DNA from: an uncultured Gemmatimonadota bacterium
GTDB taxonomy: Bacteria > SM23-81 > DAOVCL01
Length of the DNA stretch: 64,000 nt
Assembly (NCBI GenBank): GCA_964626665.1
Contig: CAZVGK010000014.1
Location: forward strand, 1-64,000
Direction: 5' to 3'
Shown: piece after piece, positions 50,867 to 59,276 of the stretch
Layout of the letters: the number at the start of each line of letters is the position of its first letter
Numbering within the stretch: position 1 is the stretch's first letter
The notes under the pieces: model-generated
Seen by the model: the letters and a program-made list of their open reading frames with translations, nothing else
The model's database searches: none
What the model was told of the DNA's origin: nothing
Position numbers and translations under genes: made by a program

Positions 50867-51004
50867 CTATTCTAAAATAATCCAGGGTACTAACATCTCC
50901 AGTATTGAAAGTCCCCCGTGTTTGTATACTCCACTGGCCGCCTTACCCGGAGGATGAGTTTGGATACATCCCCTCAAAATAGCAACATTACGGTTAGCAC
51001 ATGT
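50867..51004 (-). pseudogene. C-terminal relic of a PglZ-like protein (not in ORF track)
   Basis: ...GVYKHGGLSILEMLVPWIILE*; HGG.S..E..VP is the PglZ C-terminal motif. Confidence 0.65.
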
Positions 51005-51112
51005 GGAGGGGGTCACATCTTTATTCTTGATTTTTGCGAGTGAAAGGCTGGTTAATGCTCATATTAACAACCTAAGACATCGAAAAGTCAAAAGTAAAGA
51101 TATGACCCCTCC
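51005..51112. repeat. About 100-bp REP/MITE-like element with TIRs, copy 2
   Basis: GGAGGGGGTCACATCTTTA...TAAAGATATGACCCCTCC. Confidence 0.8.
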
Positions 51113-51281
51113 CTCATGAATAATTATTTCTGGTCAAATATATAAACAATGTTTTTATACTTTATGAACATGTTCATATTATTTATGCTTTTGTTCATAA
51201 TATGCACCTTTTCTTTCACCCTTTAAAACAAGTATCTTTTTACCAACTAGCTTTTTCAATAAATGTGTGGCTTGTCTTGAA

Positions 51282-51528
51282 CTCGACTTTGCCATTTTTT
51301 TACTCGGTCATTTCCTGGAAGCTTGTCCTCAATTCTAATCGGGGAGTTAGAACCAGGTTCTGTTGTATATAGATCCCTGCTTTCGCAGGAATGACATTAT
51401 TATAGTAGCAGAAGCAGTTGGGAAATAGCTAAAGCCAACCCAAAGTAATAAGCTAATCTATTTGTAAGTCCTTGTTTTTAAAGCCTTATTCATTGCCAGA
51501 ATCGATTTGGGGAAATGGCCAAAGTCGA
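51282..51528. mobile_element. Possible degenerate IS1634-related MITE containing a GTCATT.CCTG...CAGGAATGAC palindrome
   Basis: CTCGACTTTGCCATT...AATGGCCAAAGTCGA ends; left end matches the IS1634 TIR at 12/15. Confidence 0.4.
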
Positions 51529-51586
51529 TACATAAACAGTTGATTTGATAGATATTCAAGATGTAAGTAGCATCTATTTGTAGGCT

Positions 51587-52156
51587 TTACCTTCGGGATA
51601 CATACTTGTTCCCCTTTATGTAGAACCTCCAATTTTTCTCCTTTCCACCAGATATCCCTACCCGGGGGGAGGAAGCAATCTCCCTTACCTTCTCTCCCCT
51701 ATCTTCGATATAGAGCTGGTCCCCACAGAGATCTATCCCGTTTAGGGAACCATCGATTCCCAAGGCTCTACAGAGCCTTCCCGGGCCATTGGTCAAATCG
51801 CTGCGACGGCCCCTTCTCCTCATCATAATCTCTAAACCATCCACAGGCTCCAGTGCCCGGATGAGCACGGCAGCAGGCATCCCTGGCTGCTCAGTGACCA
51901 CATTGAGACAGTGATACATTCCATAGATGAAGTAGATGTAAGCGTAACCGGGTGGGCCGAACATCAACCTACTACGAGGGGTATAGCCGAATCTGGCATG
52001 GGAGGCCTGATCGTCTAAACCAAAATAGGCCTCCGTCTCCACGATGCGGCCGGAGAGGATCCCATCCTTCGTGCGATGGATGAGGTGCTTGCCTAAGATC
52101 TCCCTGGCCAGGGTTAAGGTAGGAGCAGAGTAAAAATCCCGCTTGAGCTTTCCCAT
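51587..52156 (-). CDS. mpg: DNA-3-methyladenine glycosylase (AAG/MPG)
   Basis: IVETEAY, ASHA, YIYFIYGMYHCLNVV, AVLIRA.EP, NGPGRL. Confidence 0.95.
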   Translation of the reverse strand: MGKLKRDFYSAPTLTLAREILGKHLIHRTKDGILSGRIVETEAYFGLDDQASHARFGYTPRSRLMFGPPGYAYIYFIYGMYHCLNVVTEQPGMPAAVLIRALEPVDGLEIMMRRRGRRSDLTNGPGRLCRALGIDGSLNGIDLCGDQLYIEDRGEKVREIASSPRVGISGGKEKNWRFYIKGNKYVSRR

Positions 52157-52206
52157 AAAAATAGATGGCCGACGGTTCATCCGCCGACCATCAGGCAAAG
52201 AATAGA

Positions 52207-52500
52207 CTATCCCCGGCGGAAATTCCGCAAGAACTGGTTAGCCTGGGCAAGGAATTCGTCACAGTCGACCTCAAATTTGGTCATCCGGGAGAGCTCCCGC
52301 TTGAACCTCGTTGATCCCTTTCTCTGTTTCTCCTTTATAGCATCGGTGAGGGAGATAAACCTCTTCTTCAGGTTCTCCCCTCTCCTTTGCAGTGCCTTAT
52401 CCTTCCCCTTCAGCGAGGCCACCACCTCTAAGAAAGAGCTCTTCTCCAATTTGGAGGCCAAACTCCTGTGGGCCTCCAACAACAGATCAATATCCCCCAT
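52207..52500 (-). CDS. Hypothetical helical protein
   Basis: GGAGG RBS; tightly packed in operon. Confidence 0.6.
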   Translation of the reverse strand: MGDIDLLLEAHRSLASKLEKSSFLEVVASLKGKDKALQRRGENLKKRFISLTDAIKEKQRKGSTRFKRELSRMTKFEVDCDEFLAQANQFLRNFRRG

Positions 52501-52503
52501 ATA

Positions 52504-53154
52504 TTAGCCTCCTCTTTCCTCTTGGTTGGCCTTTTTGAACATCTCCCTGGACTTCTCCCCCATATTTGCCTTGCTATAGAGGATGCCCAAATACCAGTAT
52601 GCCTTCCGATAATTCGGGTAGTCCCTTAAGAGTTTTTCATAGGCTGCAATGGCCTTTTCCTGCATATCGGCCATATAATAGGCTTTGGCCAAATAAAATT
52701 GGCTCTCAGAATGGTCAGGGGAGAAGAAGATGGCCTTCTCCAACTCGGGAACGGCCTGGGAATACAGGCCCTTTTTGAAGTAGACTGCCCCTAAATTGAA
52801 ATGTAGCTCTCCGTTCTTCGGCTCGATCTTCATCGCCCTTTTCAGATCGGCAATGGCCTCATCGAAGAAACCCTTCTCCGCGTAGGTGGCCCCCAAGTTA
52901 CAGTAAGCCTCCACACAACCAGGGGCAAGCTGGATAACAAGCTTGAACTCCTCCACCGCCTTCTCAAAGTTTCCTTCCCGGTCGTAGACTATCCCCAGGT
53001 TGTTTCTGGCCTTGATATGCTGGGGAGCAAAGGCCAAAACCTTCTTGTATTCGGCTATGGCCTGCGCATACTTGCCCTCTTGAAACAGTTTCTTGCCCCT
53101 TTGGTAATGAACCTCAACATCTGAGGTCCCGTTTTCTAATTCCCGCTCCTTCAT
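52504..53154 (-). CDS. Tetratricopeptide repeat protein
   Basis: Repeated NLG..Y...G...A..E.K.A motifs; ATGA overlap with upstream gene. Confidence 0.9.
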   Translation of the reverse strand: MKERELENGTSDVEVHYQRGKKLFQEGKYAQAIAEYKKVLAFAPQHIKARNNLGIVYDREGNFEKAVEEFKLVIQLAPGCVEAYCNLGATYAEKGFFDEAIADLKRAMKIEPKNGELHFNLGAVYFKKGLYSQAVPELEKAIFFSPDHSESQFYLAKAYYMADMQEKAIAAYEKLLRDYPNYRKAYWYLGILYSKANMGEKSREMFKKANQEERGG

Positions 53155-54395
53155 ACAAGATCCTTCTCCCAATCCTCCCCATTGGGGCCTAAAACAGAGA
53201 GAAAAAAACCTGGAGAAGAGAAACACTCCTTGGCCACCCGGGTTACCGCCTCTTTATCCACCGCATCGACCTCCTTCAGGGTTCTGCTCAGGGAGAGATA
53301 CTTCCCTAAGAAAAACTCTAACTGGGCCAATCTCTCCATCCGGGCGGTGGTGCTCTCCTGAGAGAGAACCAGAGCACCCTTTAACCGCGACTTGGCATAG
53401 GCCAGCTCCTGGTCGGTTATTCCCTGAGAGGTAAGTCTCTCCAGTTCGGAGAGGACAAGCTGCAAGGCCTCCCTGGCCTTCTGATGGTTGGCCCCCAAAT
53501 ATATGCCAAAGACACCAGCATCCCGGAAGAAGTCCAAAAAGGAATAGATGTTATAGGCCAGACCATTCCTCTGCCTTACGGTTTGGAAGAGACGAGAGCC
53601 CATCCCATCACCTAAGATGTTATTCAGAAAGAGAAGGGGATAGCGGCGTCGGTCAGAGAAGGAATAGGCGGGGATCCCCAATACCATATGGGTCAGGGAG
53701 GTGTCCTTCTCAGTTACCTGCAACCTTTTGGGTGAGGAAGTAGGAGGGTCTCCTCGGGGCACGAGGGAAGAGGGGAAGAGGTGAAATGACTTCTCCACCA
53801 AAGATAGCAGTTCCTTATGGCTAAGGTTCCCGGCAGCGGCCACCACCATCTTTCCCGGGACATAGTTCCTCTCGAAAAAACCCATTAAATTCTCTCTGGT
53901 TAGGGAGGAGACCATCTCGCTGCTCCCCAGGATAAACCTCCCCATAGGATGCCCCTCCCAGAGAAGCTTGATGAAGTTGTCCATCACCAATTCACTGGGG
54001 GAATCCTCCATATCTTTAATCTCCTCTAAGACAACTTTCCTCTCCCTTTCTATCTGCTCCGGGGCAAATACGGAGTTCTGAATGAGGTCGGAGAGAACAT
54101 CCAAGGCCAAAGCAAGGTCTTCATCCAAAACCCGGGCCAAATAGCAGGTATTCTCCCGACTGGTGAAGGCGTTTAGCTGTCCTCCCACGGACTCCAGGGA
54201 TTTGGCAATCTCCTCATCAGACCTGTTCTTCGTCCCCTTGAAGAGCATATGCTCGATGAAATGGGAGATGCCCGACTGCCCAGGAGGATCATCCCGGGAG
54301 CCAACATCCAACCAGACCCCCAAGGAGATAGATCGCACCCAGGGGACCCTCTGGCTGAGCACCTTGATTCCGTTGGGAAGGAGGGACTTGCGCAT
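53151..54395 (-). CDS. M16 family zinc peptidase
   Basis: HFIEHMLFKGT (HxxEH), NAFTSRE, SRLFQ.VR...GLAY. Confidence 0.95.
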   Translation of the reverse strand: MRKSLLPNGIKVLSQRVPWVRSISLGVWLDVGSRDDPPGQSGISHFIEHMLFKGTKNRSDEEIAKSLESVGGQLNAFTSRENTCYLARVLDEDLALALDVLSDLIQNSVFAPEQIERERKVVLEEIKDMEDSPSELVMDNFIKLLWEGHPMGRFILGSSEMVSSLTRENLMGFFERNYVPGKMVVAAAGNLSHKELLSLVEKSFHLFPSSLVPRGDPPTSSPKRLQVTEKDTSLTHMVLGIPAYSFSDRRRYPLLFLNNILGDGMGSRLFQTVRQRNGLAYNIYSFLDFFRDAGVFGIYLGANHQKAREALQLVLSELERLTSQGITDQELAYAKSRLKGALVLSQESTTARMERLAQLEFFLGKYLSLSRTLKEVDAVDKEAVTRVAKECFSSPGFFLSVLGPNGEDWEKDLV

Positions 54396-54396
54396 C

Positions 54397-56487
54397 CTAC
54401 CTTCTCCTCTCCCGGGGAAGAAGGGCCTTCCTGCTCAACCTGATCTTACCTTGCGGATCTATCCCAATCACCTTTACCTGGACCTTATCCCCCACCTGCA
54501 AGACATCTCCCACCTTTCCAATCCGTTTGTGATCGATCTCTGAGATATGCAGGAGCCCCTCATGTTGAGGTAATATCGCCACAAAGGCCCCAAAATCCAC
54601 CACCCTCTTCACCGTTCCTTCATAAGATCGACCGAGTTCGGGCTCCTCGATAATGTGATCTATCAACTCCTTGGCCTGCAACCCCGATGATTGATCGGTG
54701 GCGGCAATGGTCACCGTGCCATCATCGTCTATATCAATCTTGGCTTGAGTTTCCTCTATTATCTTCCGAATCATCTTTCCCCCGGGACCGATGATTTCCC
54801 CTATCTTGTCCTGAGGAACCTTAAAGCTTGTGATGCGGGGAGCATAGGAGGAAAGCTGGGAACGCGGCTGGGAGATGGTATGATCCATAATCTCCAGGAT
54901 CCTCAATCGGGCGACCTGCGACTTCTCCAGAACCTCCCCGAGGATTTGGGAATTGATTCCCTCCACCTTTAGGTCCATCTGGAACCCAGTTATCCCCTCC
55001 ATCGTCCCCGCCACCTTGAAGTCCATATCCCCATAATGGTCCTCTGCTCCCAAGATATCGGTAAGCACAACCCAATCCTCCCCCTCCTTGATCAACCCCA
55101 TAGCCACCCCGGAGACACCGGTTTTGATGGGGACACCGGCATCCATCAGGGAGAGGCTGCTTCCACAAACCGTAGCCATTGAGGATGAGCCATTGGACTC
55201 CAAGATATCCGAAACAATCCTTACGGTGTAAGGAAAAACCTCATCTGTGGGGATGACCGGCTGAATGGACCGCTCTGCCAGGGCGCCATGGCCAATCTCC
55301 CTCCTCCCTGGGCCCCTGATGGGCTTCACCTCCCCGACGCTGAAGGGGGGGAAATTATAGTGTAGCATATAGCTCTTCCAGGATTCACCCTCTAAATCGT
55401 CGATCTTCTGTTCATCCATCTTTGACCCTAAAGTGGTTACCACCAGACTCTGGGTCTCACCCCTGGTAAAGAGCGCTGAACCATGGGTGCGCGGGAGGAT
55501 CCCCACCTCACAGCTTATAGGACGCAGATCATCTGGGCCTCGCCCATCAATGCGCAATCCCTTCCCCAAGACCCTCCCCCTCATATCCCTCTTCTCCAGC
55601 TCAGAGATGACCGCGGTTATCGCCCTCTCCTCATCAGGAAACCTCTTCCCCAATTTCTCCACGGTCTCCTTGATTATCCGGCGCAACACCTCCTCCCTCT
55701 CCAACTTCCCCGGGATGGTGTTTGCCTGGTTTACCCTCTCCGCGGCCAATTCCTCCACGGCCTCCCAGAGCTCCTTATCCACCTGAGGGGGGGTATACTC
55801 CCTCTGGGGCTGACCGCACTGCTGGACAAGCTCATCTTGCATCTCTATGATCTGCGAAATGGCCTCCCGGGAGAAGTCCATCCCCTCTAAGAGGACCTTT
55901 TCGGAGACCTCCCGGGCAGATCCCTCCACCATAATAACATTCCCCTTGGTTCCCGCAATTACTAAATCGAGCTCGGATGAATCCAATTGGGAAAATGTCG
56001 GGTTGAGGAGATATTCCCCCCCTACTCGGCCCACCCGCACCGCACCCACCGGGCCGCGGAAGGGAATACCGGAAAGGGAAACTGCCGCCGAGCCGCCGAT
56101 CATCCCTAATGTGTCCGCATCGTTCTCCTGATCAGCAGAGAGCACAGTGACCATCACCTGGATCTCATAGGGAAAGTCCGCAGGGAAAAGAGGTCGCAGG
56201 GGGCGATCGATCAGCCTGGCAGATAGGGTCTCCTTTTCCCTGGGTCTCCCCTCCCTTTTGAAGAATCCGCCAGGGATCTTGCCGGCAGCATAGGCCTTCT
56301 CCCGATAATCAACAAAGAGGGGGAGAAACCCCCGCTCATAGTCCGGCTCCTGGGCAACCACAACTGTGGCCAAGATCACTGTATCCCCATATTTAACTGT
56401 CACTGCGCCATTGGCCTGTTTGGCCACTTGGCCTGATTCAATGATCAACTTTCTCCCACCTAACTCCCTTTCAACTATATAAGCCAT
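54397..56487 (-). CDS. pnp: Polyribonucleotide nucleotidyltransferase
   Basis: GKIPGGFFKREG, RREIGHG, SNGSSSMA, GDMDFKVAG, KH and S1. Confidence 0.98.
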   Translation of the reverse strand: MAYIVERELGGRKLIIESGQVAKQANGAVTVKYGDTVILATVVVAQEPDYERGFLPLFVDYREKAYAAGKIPGGFFKREGRPREKETLSARLIDRPLRPLFPADFPYEIQVMVTVLSADQENDADTLGMIGGSAAVSLSGIPFRGPVGAVRVGRVGGEYLLNPTFSQLDSSELDLVIAGTKGNVIMVEGSAREVSEKVLLEGMDFSREAISQIIEMQDELVQQCGQPQREYTPPQVDKELWEAVEELAAERVNQANTIPGKLEREEVLRRIIKETVEKLGKRFPDEERAITAVISELEKRDMRGRVLGKGLRIDGRGPDDLRPISCEVGILPRTHGSALFTRGETQSLVVTTLGSKMDEQKIDDLEGESWKSYMLHYNFPPFSVGEVKPIRGPGRREIGHGALAERSIQPVIPTDEVFPYTVRIVSDILESNGSSSMATVCGSSLSLMDAGVPIKTGVSGVAMGLIKEGEDWVVLTDILGAEDHYGDMDFKVAGTMEGITGFQMDLKVEGINSQILGEVLEKSQVARLRILEIMDHTISQPRSQLSSYAPRITSFKVPQDKIGEIIGPGGKMIRKIIEETQAKIDIDDDGTVTIAATDQSSGLQAKELIDHIIEEPELGRSYEGTVKRVVDFGAFVAILPQHEGLLHISEIDHKRIGKVGDVLQVGDKVQVKVIGIDPQGKIRLSRKALLPRERRR

Positions 56488-56501
56488 TACAAAACCTCCA
56501 G

Positions 56502-56771
56502 TTATCTCCGAAGCTTCAACCTCTTAACTAGGTCAGAGTAGCGCTCCGGGTTTTCCCTCTCTAAATAGGCAAGCAACCTCTTTCTTCTTCCCACCATCTG
56601 CAGCAGTCCTCTACGGGAGTGATGATCCTTCTTGTGAAGCTTAAAGTGCTTAATCAGGCCATTTATCCTATTGGTCAGAAGGGCGACCTGAACCTCGGCT
56701 GACCCCGTATCTGTAGCATGTAAGCCGAATTGCTTGACCAGCTTAACTTTCTGTTCCTTCTCCAAGGGCAA
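56502..56771 (-). CDS. rpsO: 30S ribosomal protein S15
   Basis: DTGSAEVQVALLT, HKKDHHSRRGL; GGAGG RBS before TTG 56771. Confidence 0.97.
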   Translation of the reverse strand: MPLEKEQKVKLVKQFGLHATDTGSAEVQVALLTNRINGLIKHFKLHKKDHHSRRGLLQMVGRRKRLLAYLERENPERYSDLVKRLKLRR

Positions 56772-57726
56772 TTTCAACCTCCTTTTTCTTCTTATCTGTT
56801 GGCTCCTGAAAATAGACCAGGGCTTCCTCCTCATCCTTGGCTAGCTGGGCCAGTAGGTCCCTGGGGTGAGGAAAGGTCCTCTCCTCCCTAATCCGGCGAT
56901 AGACCATCAGCTCCAACTCCAACCCATAGAGGTTCTCCTCCTCACCTATGAGATATGCCTCCAACCTCCTCTCCCCTTCCCCAAAGGTAGGCCGATAACC
57001 CACATTCATCAAACCTATCCTCTCCCCTCCCTGAAAAAGTGCCTTAACTATATAGACCCCGTCCGGGGGGAGCAGCTTCCTGAAATAGGGAGAGAGGTTA
57101 GCCGTTGGGTAAAAGAGCTTCCTCCCCCTTCCGTCCCCTTCCACTACCTGGCCACTCAGAGGATAAGGATGGCCCAACATATCCAGGGCACCGGCAAAAT
57201 CCCCCTCCTGGACTATCGTGTGGCGGATCCTGGTGCTGCTTATCGGGGAACCGGCATAATGCGATTTCCCCACCACCTTCACCCCAAATCCATACCTCTT
57301 CCCCATCTCCTGCAGGTAGTCGATCTTCCCCTTCCTCCCCTGACCAAAAGCATGGCTGGGGCCAACTACCACCTCCTTCGCCTGGAGGAAACCAACCAGG
57401 AACTTTTCCACAAAACCATCTGGCCCCCAGCGGCCGAACTCCGGGGTAAAGTCCACGACCAAACAGAGGTCCACCCCCAATTGCTCCAGTAACCGCAGCT
57501 TCTCCCGCTTGGTGGTGAGGATAAGGGGAGCGGTAGCTGGGTTCACCACCCATTGGGGATGGGGGTGAAAGGTGACCACTACGGCAGGACGGTGTTGCAG
57601 GCTGGCCCTACTTAATAGCTCACCGATAACCCTTTGATGTCCCAGGTGGAGGCCATCAAATGTCCCTACCGTGACCACCGGGCCCGCGATTTGGGGCCTG
57701 TTGCCTGGATAGTTATATACTTCCAT
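56743..57726 (-). CDS. ribF: Bifunctional riboflavin kinase/FAD synthetase
   Basis: GTFDGLHLGHQ, ISSTRIR, G..RGR...PTAN, G.RPTF. Confidence 0.96.
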   Translation of the reverse strand: MEVYNYPGNRPQIAGPVVTVGTFDGLHLGHQRVIGELLSRASLQHRPAVVVTFHPHPQWVVNPATAPLILTTKREKLRLLEQLGVDLCLVVDFTPEFGRWGPDGFVEKFLVGFLQAKEVVVGPSHAFGQGRKGKIDYLQEMGKRYGFGVKVVGKSHYAGSPISSTRIRHTIVQEGDFAGALDMLGHPYPLSGQVVEGDGRGRKLFYPTANLSPYFRKLLPPDGVYIVKALFQGGERIGLMNVGYRPTFGEGERRLEAYLIGEEENLYGLELELMVYRRIREERTFPHPRDLLAQLAKDEEEALVYFQEPTDKKKKEVEIALGEGTES

Positions 57727-58647
57727 TTAGGGGAAAACCCTCAGATAGGAGGCCTGGAAACTCACTTTCTCATCTATGTCAGCAGTGGCCATAAGGAGGG
57801 CTACCAGGTCTCCTCCTTCATCTAAGACCTTTATCCTCTCCCCCTTTCTTATCCCTGGAGAGAGGGACAAGACATCCTCAGGACGCAGGGGGAGGCCCGC
57901 CCTCAGCCGAGGCCGAGAGGAATTGCCTATCTGCACCAGCTTCCACTCAGGAAGGGCATCCCCCAGAGGGATGACGAAATCCTCCCACCTCTCCCTCTGG
58001 GCCAACCCCTTTATCCTCTCCGGGGGAAGGGAGTCCTCCAGCAAAAAGTTCTCAACCCTGGTGCGCACCAGTTGCACCAAATGCGCACCACACCCCAACC
58101 GTTCACCAATATCAGAGGCTAGAGATCTGATATAGGTGCCAGAGGAACAGGTTACCTTTATCCCGACAAAGGGAGGAGCAAACCTGCGCAAGTTAATCTC
58201 CCTTATCCACACTCTTCTGGGTTTTGGATTAACTTCCACCCCCCTTCGGGCTAAATCATAGAGCCTCTTCCCCCCCTGCCTCAGGGCAGAAAATCGGGGT
58301 GGCCTCTGCCATACTTCCCCCACAAATCCAGCAACAACCTCCTCCACCCTCTTCCTTCTGAGATCAGCAAATGGAGCCTCGGCGATTATCCTTCCTGTAA
58401 GATCACCGGTCTCCGTGCTCTGACCCAGTTTAAGAAGGGCCTCATACTCCTTTTCCCCCTGCAGGTAGGGAAAAAGCTTGGTGGCCTGACCAAAAAACAC
58501 GAGCAAAACCCCTTGAGCAAAGGGGTCCAGGGTTCCGGCATGACCCACCTTGGTGGTACCCAGAAGAGGCTTCATATAGGCACAGACATCATAGGAGGTC
58601 CAACCCCTGGGCTTATCCACATTAAGCAGGCCAGCTTGCGGCCTCAA
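57727..58647 (-). CDS. truB: tRNA pseudouridine(55) synthase
   Basis: DKP.G.TS, GHAGTLDP, PP.FSA, CSSGTYIRSL. Confidence 0.97.
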   Translation of the reverse strand: MRPQAGLLNVDKPRGWTSYDVCAYMKPLLGTTKVGHAGTLDPFAQGVLLVFFGQATKLFPYLQGEKEYEALLKLGQSTETGDLTGRIIAEAPFADLRRKRVEEVVAGFVGEVWQRPPRFSALRQGGKRLYDLARRGVEVNPKPRRVWIREINLRRFAPPFVGIKVTCSSGTYIRSLASDIGERLGCGAHLVQLVRTRVENFLLEDSLPPERIKGLAQRERWEDFVIPLGDALPEWKLVQIGNSSRPRLRAGLPLRPEDVLSLSPGIRKGERIKVLDEGGDLVALLMATADIDEKVSFQASYLRVFP

Positions 58648-58991
58648 CCCCCTCCCTCTACCTGGTGCAAGAGGTCCAAAATGTGTGTTCCATACTCTAT
58701 GGAATCGTCAAAGACAAAACTGATTTGTGGGGTATATTTCAGCTTAATCCTTCTTCCCAACTGAGCTTGCACCCAACTCCTTGCCCGCTGCAACCCCTTA
58801 ATGGCCGCCCGATGTTGGGCCGCATCGCCCAGGACGCTGAAATAGACCTTTGCATATCTGAGGTCAGGGGTAACCTTGACCTCGGTCAGGGTGACCAGGC
58901 CAATGGAGCGATCCTTAAGCCCGTTTTCGATTATATCGCTGATCTCCTCCTTGAGGAGATTTTCTACCCTTTGACATCGTCTACTTGACAT
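58644..58991 (-). CDS. rbfA: Ribosome-binding factor A
   Basis: V.VT.DL..AKVY.S, LKYTP.I.F..D.S. Confidence 0.95.
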   Translation of the reverse strand: MSSRRCQRVENLLKEEISDIIENGLKDRSIGLVTLTEVKVTPDLRYAKVYFSVLGDAAQHRAAIKGLQRARSWVQAQLGRRIKLKYTPQISFVFDDSIEYGTHILDLLHQVEGGG

Positions 58992-59273
58992 CTATCGCAG
59001 TTCGATTGTGGAGCGTAAGATCTGGATCCTCCCCTCTTCCTCTAAGGAACTCTCCACCCGCGAGAGGATGGGGTAGACCCAATTAGCTTGGGTGGAAAGA
59101 AAGGCTATCCCCAAAGTAGCCCTCTGCCAAAGATTGTGGTCATCCAGTTCACAGATGGAGACATTAAACCTTCTCCTTAGCTTATCCTTTAATCCCTTAA
59201 TTACCTGCCTCTTGGCCTTTAGGGACTGACTTTGGGGAATGTAGATATCCAGTCTCAATACCCCCACAACCAT
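58992..59273 (-). CDS. DUF503 family protein
   Basis: SLK.KR.V, RFNVS..E.D..LWQR. Confidence 0.93.
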   Translation of the reverse strand: MVVGVLRLDIYIPQSQSLKAKRQVIKGLKDKLRRRFNVSICELDDHNLWQRATLGIAFLSTQANWVYPILSRVESSLEEEGRIQILRSTIELR

Positions 59274-59276
59274 CTC

